From Bigelowiella natans CCMP2755 (Eukaryota > Protista > Cercozoa), in contig ADNK01001981.1 in NCBI GenBank assembly GCA_000320545.1, positions 1 to 57,196 of the forward strand: a stretch of DNA of 57,196 nt, written 5' to 3'. Positions 1 to 10,523 of this stretch are shown here, piece by piece. How positions within the stretch are numbered: position 1 is the stretch's first letter; each line of letters begins with the position of its first letter. A program made the translations under genes and the position numbers. A model generated the notes under the pieces. The model worked only from the letters and a program-made list of their open reading frames with translations, made no database searches and was not told where the DNA came from.

Positions 1-1006
1 CCGGGGCAAGAGAAAAATATCCCCTTTCCCCACCTACTGGCTACCTTTGAGAAAATTTGGACTTTCAGGCGTCTCTATTTTAACTGGATGGGACGGGGAA
101 GAGGCTGTGAGTTTACCGCGCACCCGCCAGAAAAAAAAATTATGTAACATAGAATGGCAGTAACCTTATTTTTCTTTTGAATTTCTGATGCTATTATTTT
201 TGCTTCAAGCAACACGTCAATTTGAGTTTTGGGAGCTGGCGCGCAGAGAGAGAGAGAGAGGGAAAAGAGAGAGAGAGAGAGACCTCCCTAGAGATGAAAG
301 GCGGGGAGGAGGAGGGAAAGGGGTTTTCTCGTAAAAAGCTCACTTTTAAAACTTTCTACATAAATATTGTTGTCGCAACCACCAAAACACCTATATAATG
401 TACATTTACGGGACACACGGAGAAGTTATACTAAATAAATATTCGGCCCGAATCACAAATAACAAAAAGGCCCTCGTAAATGCCACAAATGCATCACAAA
501 AAATGGATGACCTTGTTCCAGACCAACGCAAAAGTTCAAAATCGTTTTGGCCCGCAGCGGGCACACTTGCTGACTTGCCGGCGAACATGCGGTGTGAGCA
601 CCGATTGGTGCACGCGTGGGCCCTGGTGCCTGGTTCCTGCAAAAACTTGCAATTGCACCCAACTCCGATCATGGAAGACCTGGTCCATCTGAACGAGGGG
701 TTGTGTCTTCACGGGGAACATCTCGTGAGAGGCGTGAGTTGCTTTTTGCCACCGGGGACTGCCCGGCTCACAGCAAAATGACATTGAAGAAACAAAAGAG
801 CTTGACAGGCAATGGCAGTTGAGTTTGTCCATTGCACCCCAAGGTTGTTCTGGTTGCTGTTGTCACGTTCCATCAGGTGCATGTGACCGCTGCAAAGTGC
901 TTGGGAAGACTCACTTGCGTCGTGTTGCATGCCGAAACACTGAACAGGAGGACGAGCCCGAATTGCACGTGCGAGCGGACGCATTTGGCCCTGACATGCA
1001 ATTCGA

Positions 1007-2409
1007 TTGCAATTCACAATGTTTCCACAAGAAGATTCAATGTTCACTTTTCTTCACAGGGACGGATGGACGGGAGGGTCTGTCTTCGCTCTGTTCTTGC
1101 CGCATTTCGATCCAGCAGAACAATCTGCGCATTGTCATGCGCATGGCACAATGAACATTGCCAGGGATCTTTTTCAGTGCGTGTGCAATGCTGGTCGTGA
1201 GGTTTTCACTGCGGAGATGCAGGAATTGGAAAGCGAACGGGTTGGGTTTGATGTCAAGGACGCAGACAGAGACATCTTCCCCTGGTCGGTCGATGAAGCC
1301 GACGTCAAATCAACAGAGGAGAACATGACAAAAATCATGGCTGGCACCAAAGAACGTGAATGTGGTGCAGGCCAAAGGAGCCCGTTCTTCGCCAAGGGAA
1401 AAAAGAAACCGACACCATGGCAGGACAGGAAGATGATGTTTTGGACCCTCCCAATGAAGTGCCCGCTGGCCAAATTGATGCTGCACGTGTCACTCCACGC
1501 GGGCGCTCACGAGCGCACCATCACCCCGCTCTTTGAACTGTGCGATGCCCTGGCGCTCATCTGGCACACACCACCACCACCGCGGAACTGGATGAGCTGG
1601 AGGCCAAGTTGGACATTGCAGTGGATGCAATTGAAGAAGTGCCACCGAAGCAGCAATCTGCAATGTGTCCACACTTGATGCGGCATGTGCCGGATCAAAT
1701 CAGACGTGCGGGGCCGCTCCACCAATCATGGACCCACTTTGTGGAACGCTACGTCCGTTTCGTGCGTGGAAGGGCATCTGCACAAAACCGCACGCTGACG
1801 TCAATGAAAAATGCGATTCAAGCTTGGCTTCGAGCGACCCCTCTGTCTGGATCAAATGCACCGAGCCGGCCAGCGCATGGTGAACCCAACGACAGGGTGC
1901 GGGTTCAAGAGAAACGCAAATGGAAGACGCATGTGCCCACCAATGAACACGCAGTGGCGTTTCTGGAGGCAGTGGAACTGTGCGGGTTGGATCACCAAGG
2001 TGGTGTTTTCTGCCGGGGATCCTCGTGCGTGGTCAATGGTGGACCCATGTTCCGAACACGAGGAACAGAATCAACCACATCTTCCAAAAATTCGTGGGTC
2101 ATTTGCCTGTTTGAAGAAAAAGGAAATCCCATTCAGGTGCTCGCTGGTGTGGAGGAAGTGTGGAAATGGCACCCGAGGGGAGAACCGTCTCAAAGCCACT
2201 GTGCATTCAAAGTGAAATGCAAAACAACGACGTTGTTGAGCGTGCACAGGCCTAGCGGGTTCACTCTCTGCTCGGCCAACACCAACTCTGTCAGAGGCTC
2301 GGCACGGGGAGAATTTGTCACCTCAGCTGACACATCATTGGCAAACCCCATGCCAGCACCTCACGTGAACCATGCAGCATGTGGGAGGAGTGCGCAGTGC
2401 TTCGAATGA
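1007..2409 (+). pseudogene. CACTA/EnSpm (CMC)-type DNA transposase remnant, frameshifted and TA-edited
   Basis: ORF 1540-2409 has HLMRHVPDQIRRAGPLHQSWTHFVERYVRFVRG, resembling the CMC/DUF4218 motif HLxxHxxxxIxxxGPxxxxWxYPFERY. The overlapping ORF 1007-1678 lies upstream in another frame. No TIRs identified. Confidence 0.65.
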
Positions 2410-2663
2410 ACATTGCCACATCATTGACCCTGCAGAGGCAATTGCGCAGTGGCATCAATGACAAAGAACAGACTTGCAGTGAACACGTTGCAATTTGCAA
2501 TCACGTTTGCATTTGAACACAGCAAGCACACTGTGCTGTTCTCCTGCACAACCTGTCACATCTGACCTGAGCAAGGTGTGTGCAAGTGACATTGATGCGT
2601 TCACATCGTGTGGAGCGTGACCTCACATTGACATTCATGGCGCTCAGAACAGCCAAACAGGTG

Positions 2664-3035
2664 CATTGGAGGGCTGGGTGCGGTGCGATGTGCGCGCAGT
2701 GAGCAAAAGCTGACAAACGAGCAGGCAGCGGTGTTCAGGTTGAACTGGGATGTCATCATGCGAGGGTGGACCGCCCTCGGACAGATGTTGAGCTTGTCAT
2801 CAGTCACACGCAATTGCATTGGGTTTCTAGGCCACGACAAGGCTGGTCCTTGTCGTGCGACATGCGTGTGCATTCCTTGTCGCGGCAGACTGAAGCGTCA
2901 CGGCAATGCTTGTCGCACCTGTGCCGCTTCACCTGCTGCTACGTGCACAGTCAATTTGCTAATTTCCTCGGTTCATGCTCGCTTGCATGTTGACTACATG
3001 CATGTCAAACTTGCGCGAACATGGGAGCATCAACA
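2664..3035 (-). repeat. 3' LTR of Copia copy 1 (372 bp)
   Basis: (C/T)(A/G)TTGGAGGG...GCATCAACA. Diagnostic variants (gctgacaaac, gggtggaccgccctcggacagat) match the split LTR at 10067-10151 plus 17948-18234. Confidence 0.92.
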
Positions 3036-3047
3036 CGCCTCCCAAAT
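3036..3047 (-). promoter_or_regulatory. Polypurine tract of Copia copy 1 (equivalent at 10524-10535 for copy 2)
   Basis: The minus strand reads TTTGGGAGGCG immediately before the 3' LTR start TGTTGATGC. Confidence 0.65.
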
Positions 3048-5139
3048 TGGCAAATTGACTGACGCGCATGCACGCATGCACGTTTCCACAACGGGCAAAC
3101 CGATGCATCATGCTGCGCATGCGATGCCTCTTCAATCAAGCAGGCCACCACATGCGTTGCCGCCATTGGAAGCTTGCACTCACTCGTGGTCGAGCTACAG
3201 GCTTGAATGCATGCAATGCATGCATGGGTAGGAAGCGCCAATGGCCGCAAAAACCTCCCGTTGCTTTGCACGATGTGCAACAGCTCCGGAATCGAACTCA
3301 CTGCAACGCACGTGCAGTTCGATTCGGTGGCTCAGGGCACGGCCTGCCACGATGATCCTGCACAACCAGTTGCAATGCTTGAGTTGCACGGTGAGTGGCG
3401 ATGCATGCTCGCACCTTCCGCTCGTTCTGCATGCGAACCGAACGGAAGTGCAGCCATCCGCTTCACCGTCAACTGCATCTACATCACTGATGTCAGAATG
3501 CATCACTCGTGGCAGCTGACGCCACAATTGCGAGGAGGAAAGCTCTCACGAAGAGCAGCCATCCGCCTCCCCAATTTGCAAATTTGTTGCCGAATTGATT
3601 TCGGTTGCGAAAAATTCGGAAAATTCGAAATGCGAATTTGCAAAAAACAATCTCCATGCACTAAGCACCATTTCATTTTCTTGAAATGGGGTCAATCCCT
3701 ACGAAAATGCAAAGTGGCTGCAAAAAATGCAGGCGGTCAACACGCCAAGCGAGAAAAATGTCAGGAAAAGATCCACACACTCACAAAAACACGAAGGTGG
3801 AATGAAAGGGAAAGAGGGGGGGAAAGGGAAAGGGGGAAGGGAAGTGAAGGCATGACGACAGGCAACCCCAACCCTCATTTGCAAAATTGGATGCCTTTGC
3901 ATTTTCACTTTGTGAACATCCTTCCTTTTGAAAAGGAAAGGATTTGAACCAATCACTTTGTTCATTTCCGCCATCAGAAGGACTTTCCTTCGGACCAAAG
4001 GTCCGTGAAGGAAATGCGGTGTGAGGAATGTGATTGTTCAATGTTCTTTTTTTTTTTTTTGCATCGGCATCCTTTCTTCATCAAAGACAAGGACACAAAC
4101 TGACTTGATCATTTTTCCTTTGCATGTTCCAGCAAAAGGCGGGTCTCAATTTCGTGAAACCACCCGCCTCGCAAAGCGAAAAATTGTCCGGGAAGAACCG
4201 GAAAGGTAGGAAACCAATGATCGCAGGGTGTAGTTAGCATCAAGCAACTGCAGGTTCCTTTCTCTCCTTGATGCTCAACCGGAAAATTCATGATTCAACA
4301 CCAGTTGCAACAACCGAGTGTTCTGTTGTGTTCACAGGTTCGAACTGAGCCTGAAAACTAATTCTCAACAAGGTGATCCTTGTCACTCGTAGGACACCAT
4401 TGCAGATGGCAATGTTGAGCATGTTGTGCATCGGGGTTGACCCGCACACATTTGTTAGTAGCGGTGTTGCTCAATTTGACACCAGCAACACCCTGCAAAT
4501 TCCACAGATTTCACATGGGCTCACAGTTGCACAATCAACATGCCAACTGTAGCCCTGCAGAATGATGTCCTTTTGATGTGAGCCAGTTTGTTGCTGCATG
4601 TAGCAATGCATTGAAACCAGCCATGTGACTGAACACTTGTTGTGTCAGTGTTAGCTCGGTGTGCAACTGTGATTGCAACACATCAGCTGTGCTGCATGTG
4701 CTGCAATTTCATGGTTCCCATTGAGTGCAGAACATGTGTCAGCGTTGATTGCTGCATGCATTTCAGATGTCAACATGACAGTTGATGCAACTGTGCATGT
4801 TCTGCAGCGACACTCACTGTGGCAAAGTGTTGCAAGTGATGCATCCCACAATTCACAGGTTTGTCTTGGACGCCTCCCCAGCAGCAACAAGTGCTCCCCC
4901 CAGCCGCAGAGGCTAACGCCTCCCGAGCTGGAGAAGCTGGAGGCTCATGGGGGTCAGTGCAACACCCCATGCGGCATGCATGTTGACCATCACACACCGT
5001 GATGGACACCTGTGCATGCAATGTGCATGTGCTACAGGTAGTGGAGGAGAAGCCTGGCGTCACGCATTGAGCGTCGACGCCAGCAACCATGTGGAAGGAC
5101 TGTTCCAGCCCATCGTCACGCATCAAACGTCGACGGAGG

Positions 5140-8100
5140 CTAACGCCATGCCCCACAAAGGCGACATGTGCCGGCTTGACCGGCGTCACAGAGGCACCAT
5201 TTGGTGCGCATGTCAGCGTGGAACTTCTGGCAACATGCCAGTGTCGGTGTTCGGCCGATGGGTTTGGTCAACACATCTGCAGGTTGATCCTTGCCAGATG
5301 CATGACATGGTCGCATGACGTCATCACGTGTGAATTGTCTAACGTCATGGTACGCAACTCTCATTGACTTGGACTTCTTGGCAAAGCCAGGGTTGGTGGC
5401 TGTCCGGATGGCGGGCTGGCAGTCTTCAAACACAGGCATCTTCATTGAGATTTTCTTGTCAGGCTCGAAGCCTAATTCTTCAACTAACTGTGCAGCATGT
5501 ACCACATCACGCCCTAGCTGAGACATGCTCATGTGCTCAGCTTCGGCTGTGTGATCAGCTACCACAGTCTGTCTGTGTGAGCCGTGCAATGCAGGGCCAC
5601 CGCAGAACTGTGAGAAGTGACCTGATCTGCTTTTGCCATCCTTCTCAGTCATGTGGGTGGCATCGGCGCATCCCTCGAAGCCTCGCTCAGGTCGGTTGTG
5701 GCACGTCTTGCAGTGTTCAGCATTTGGTGAACACTTCATGACCCCACACGCCATTTTCAAGTGGCTTTCCCTTGGGTCCTGCGAATGCACTGCCAGTAGC
5801 GACAAGGCCGCGACTGTGTCCGGTCGTGTAGCTGCTGCAACGTGTGAACAGGCACCAATGACTGACCCAAGTGACGTTTGATCTGCTTCAGGTTCACTGC
5901 TACAGTCCCTCCTTGCATCCATCGGGATCGGAGTCCGAGCGCGCTCAGAAGGCAAGATTTCAAATCTTTCACACATCTCCGTGATGCATTTTTCTTGACA
6001 GACAGAGCAACAACCTCTGCTGTCTCTTTCTGTCTGTGAACCTAAGCACTCTTGCACTGGGCCAAGATGGTGCATTTCGCATTCCTTCTTCAAATTTTCA
6101 ACAACGCAGTCTTCATCTTTCTCGTTTTGAAAACACAGAAGGGCATCGTCCACGTAGATGCCCACTGTGACTTTTCCATCTTCTCCTCTGTCCAACACAA
6201 ATGAGCATGGGTCTGTCTCCATTTGTTTGAAACCCATCTTGGTGAGAGACCTCACGAATGTTCGGTTCCATGTGTGTGCTGATTGCTTTGGACCGCAGAT
6301 GGATTTGTTCAACTGACAGGCTGCATTGGCCCTGTCATTCATTGTCTCTTCTTCTTGTTTGCTCCCACAATCTCCTTTTTCCAACCCATCAGGCATCTCA
6401 AGGTAGACATCGGCGTCAATCTGGCCGCAGAGGTGAGCTGCACGTGTGTCCACATTGTGCATCATCAGCTTGCATCTGGAGCACAACGCCAATGGTGTGC
6501 GCAGAGATGCCTGTGAGAGAGTCGGTGCACACGAGCGAAACCATTCAACGCCTCGGCGTTGATCGAATCCTCTTGCCACCATGCGAGACTTGTAGCGAAC
6601 AGACCCGTCAGGGTTTGGTTTCTTTTCAAATGCCCATTTAGCAGAAACTAACTCACCTTTCGGTCGTCTAACTGCATCCCATGTGTGTCTCTTGACTGAC
6701 GATCCAATTTCATCCTTTGTTGATGGTGACCAACACTTCTTCTCAGGTCCAGTGACAGCCTCGCGGAAGGTTTTGGGTGTGTCCAATGTGTCATGTGCAG
6801 ACACATCAACATCCTTCAACACAACCTCCCCGGTGCTTTGATCAAGAGCGGCGAACATGCGTTCCGCCGTTCTCATCTTGTCACGTTCCAATCGTGGATG
6901 TTTGCACTCTTCAGCGAATGAGCTGTTGCCAGCATGGGCAACAGAGGCAATGCACTGCTCTTCATCCTGCATGGCCTGAAAATCCATTGGAGCATGGACG
7001 CCGTGGTTGCGGCCCATCATGGCCGGAGGCACGTTCTCATCAGATCTCTTGGAGACTCCAGTGGGCAGTTGAGGTGCCTCCCTGCGCTCATGCTTTGCTT
7101 TGTCCATCTCAGGCGCAGTTGAAGAACTCATTCCTCCCGTGGACATCGGCAGCTTTGCAGGCAAAGGCAACGTGGTGTCTGCTCTCTCCTCACCATCATC
7201 CTTCTTGGTGGCGATGGTGGCTGATGATGATGATGATGACATCGCATCTGTCTTCTTGGCGAGAGTGCTCAGCGTGTCATGCAATGATTTGATGAAATCC
7301 ATCACATTGGTGATGTTTGCACTGGAAGAAGGTTCTGATTCATCTCTCTTCTCACTCGCAGGAACCTCGCCTTTGTCCATCTCGACATCAGAGTCCTCAG
7401 GATCCCGACATTGAGGCAACTGTTGTCTTGGAGCAGCAGAGCGAAACACACTTTGACACCACTTGTCCACGTTCGCTTTTTCCATGATTTTGCCGGTGTC
7501 GGCACTGACCATGCACGTGCCATGCCTCGCATCACATCCGAGCATGCGTGCATGCTGTCCAGCATCCTCCAACCGTGACCTTTTGCGCAATTGTTTGTCC
7601 ACCGACAGTGCACCGATGCAGCCAAACACCACTGAATTGCTCAGGTCTGGCTTCTTCTTGTGGCAGAGCTCGCAGGGAGTCTTCGTGCCATCGGCAGAGT
7701 GAGGCATTCGATTCACAGTGTGGATCACATGATCCAACGCGTGACACCAACACCGTGACGATGCACCGCATTGCTTCATCATCGTGCGCATTTCAGTCGT
7801 CACCGTTTGTGTCGCTCTGTCAGATGTTCCGTTCTGTTCTGGCGTTCGCGGCGCACCAGGATCAAAGGCAATGCCGTTCTCATCTGGAAATTTCTGCAGC
7901 GAAGTGGCCGCAAATTCGGAGCCATCATCCGAACGGAACTCTGCAATGTGCGACCCGCATGCGTTTTCATGCTTGCGCAATGCACTGCGCGCAAGCGCCG
8001 GTGTTTGCGATTTCTTTTTGGCCTCAGCCGCGGTTGTTCTGCGTGCACCTTCGTGTGCGCACACCACGAAGTGCTCACAACCGCGCACGCCACGCATTGA

Positions 8101-10014
8101 GCTTTCAGCATCCGCGTGCACACGTTCGCTTTGGGCCGAGGTTGCTCCTGGCACACCTCGCCTTGCGCGTTTGGTGTTGGTCACATCACATGCTGCACAA
8201 TTCATCTTTTTCAACTGATCAGGAGTTTTTGATCCCGTTGAACGTTTTGCAACTTGTGATGTTTTGGGTCGATCACAGTGCAGCAGCTTTCTGTGAAGCT
8301 CCACGTTGTCATCCATTTGATTGCAGACCTGATCGACAGCACACTCAGGCACTTCGACACCACACGACACATCAACATCGTGTGACTGCACGTTGGTTGA
8401 CTTTCCATTGTTGAGCACATTGTGATTGTCATCCAACACGGCATGACACAATCGATTTTTCACCTTGAAATGCACAATGGGCTCATTGTTTTTGAATGCC
8501 AGGGTCTGGCCATTCGCGGTTTCCATGCGACAACCGGTTCTGTCAACCTTGGATTGGGACATGCAAGACAAAGAAGAATTGGGTGAGCACAACACTCCAC
8601 TCAGCATTCCCCTTTTCTTTTTGCCCGAGGGGAGCACGAAAGTCATTGGCACTCTCCCCTTGTGTGTTGCAGCATGGGCAACACCCTTCTTGCCAACACT
8701 CACTTTTCTTTTGTTCAAGAGAGGGAGCAGGTGAGAGAAACACTTTTTGTCATTGAAAATGTGCGCAGTTGCACCATCATCAAGTGTCATTGGACTTTCA
8801 GCATCATGTTCCGTGCTCTGCATGTGACAACCTCTCCCGAACAAATCATCTTCGTCCTCTGAGGAGCCGTGTTCCTCACATTTTTTGTTCTTTGTTTCCT
8901 GCTGCACGTGCATCGCCTCCTTCTCACTCTTCTTGTCCTTTTCACATTTTTCCAGGACGGCGTTGTGCTGCTTCTCGGTCAGGTCGTCAATGTGATGGCA
9001 TTCGCGTGCACAGTGTCCTTTCTTGCCACACGAACAACACACCACATCCTTTTTCGCCTTTTTGTGATCACTCTGCTGATCCTTTTTGTGATCATCATTG
9101 CAGGATCGCTTCCTTCCACCACGCCCTCGGCCTCGGCGTCCGCGTCCTCCTCTGCCGCGAGAACCGCGCGACCCTCTGCCTCGTCCGCGCTGGTGACAAT
9201 CATCATCATCATGATGACACTGGTTTCCCTGATGATTCATCATTTCTTGCGCCGGACGCTTTTTGACGTGAATCCTCTTCACTTCTGCCTGCACGTGGTT
9301 CTTCTCCTGTCCGTCTCTGTCAGCAGCCATCCTTTCAGCACTGAGCAGATCTCGTAGCTGTTCCATGGCATCTTTTGGTTTTTTGTTGTTGGCCGTGGCC
9401 AGGCTGTGCACGATGGCCTCATGTTTCTTCTTTGGTTTCAACCCATTTGTGAAACAGGTCATCTGCATCTGCTCGCCAACAGGCCAGTTCGCGTTGGCCA
9501 GCCTTCCGCAGATGGCAACGAATTTGAAATGATGTGCCTCCACGTCGTGATCGAAATTTTCGATGGAGGCTTGTTGCAGGCTGCTGTTCAACTCATGCAT
9601 GGATGCGTTGTCGGTGGGCTTGAACCTCTCCGTTGGACGAGCCCAGGCGACAGCTGCAAGGCCTCCGGAGTCATCGAGTGGGTGTTGGTGGGCGGAGTGC
9701 ACCGTCAGACAAATCGCGGCGCAGGCCCTCACATTGGCCTCATCGTCGGCGCTCGTAGCAGGCACACCTCCGCGCCAGATTTCAGCTTCGGTCTCGCCAA
9801 TCCGGGCCACCTCCCTGCAGTGCTCCGGATTCTCAATCACTTTGACAAGTTTCGCCGGCCTGTTGGCCGTGGTCGATGGTTTCGCCATTTCGAAACAATC
9901 GATCATGTTTTCGGCCGCGAAAACAGCTTTCATCGTGAAGGCGCAATGGTTGAAGTTGCCACCTGACCTGGTCAGGTGAATCTTGGCTTTGCTCAGAAAA
10001 GACAACTGGGACAT
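5140..10014 (-). pseudogene. Copia gag-pol polyprotein, copy 1 (frame open but missense-riddled)
   Basis: Zn knuckle CCSCGKKGHCAREC, protease LDDGATAH, integrase RSDDGSEF...PEQNGTSDR, RT RYKSRMVARGF, KSICGPKQS and GIYVDD, RNase H ADVLTK. Only 4 Tyr in the 1628-aa ORF. The former stop TAG is now TGG at 5197-5199. Confidence 0.93.
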
Positions 10015-10055
10015 GATTTCTCGCAATTCTCGTCAGTGAACTTTTCTCACTTTGA

Positions 10056-10066
10056 GGCTCACAACC
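10056..10066 (-). promoter_or_regulatory. Primer-binding site of Copia copy 1 (copy 2: 17560-17570)
   Basis: The minus strand reads GGTTGTGAGCC directly after the 5' LTR, matching the GGTTATG(A/G)GCC type of Copia PBS with TA>TG. Confidence 0.7.
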
Positions 10067-10151
10067 CATTGGAGGGCTGGGTGCGGTGCGATGTGCGCGC
10101 AGTGAGCAAAAGCTGACAAACGAGCAGGCAGCGGTGTTCTGGTTGAACTGG
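10067..10151 (-). repeat. Part 1 of the split 5' LTR of Copia copy 1
   Basis: First 85 bp of the LTR sequence, ending in ACTGG, the TSD of copy 2. Confidence 0.9.
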
Positions 10152-10523
10152 TGTTGGAGGGCTGGGTGCGGTGCGATGTGCGCGCAGTGAGCAAAAGCTA
10201 GCAAACGAGCAGGTAGCGGTGTTCAGATTGAACTGGGAGGTCATCATGCGAGGGTTGACCGCCCTCTGACAAGTGTCAAGCTTGTCATCAGTCACACGTG
10301 ATTGCATTGGGTTTCTAGGCCGCGACAAGGCCAGTCCTTGTCGTGCGACATGCGTGTGCATTCCTTGTCGCGGCAGGCTGAAGCGTCACGGCAATGCTTG
10401 TCGCACCTGTGCCGCTTCACCTGCTGCTACGTGCACAGTTGATTTGCTAATTTCCTCGGTTCATGCTCGCTTGCATGTTGACTACATGCATGTCAAACTT
10501 GCGCGAACATGGGAGCATCAACA
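10152..10523 (-). repeat. 3' LTR of Copia copy 2
   Basis: TGTTGGAGGG...GCATCAACA, 372 bp, with TGTTG/CAACA inverted termini. Confidence 0.92.

Noticed and set aside
5140-10026. Alternative genetic code explaining the Tyr>Cys/His swaps
   Set aside because: Host genes in the same window use TAY Tyr at conserved positions. The change also affects non-coding LTRs, and the two copies differ (Cys versus His) at the same site.
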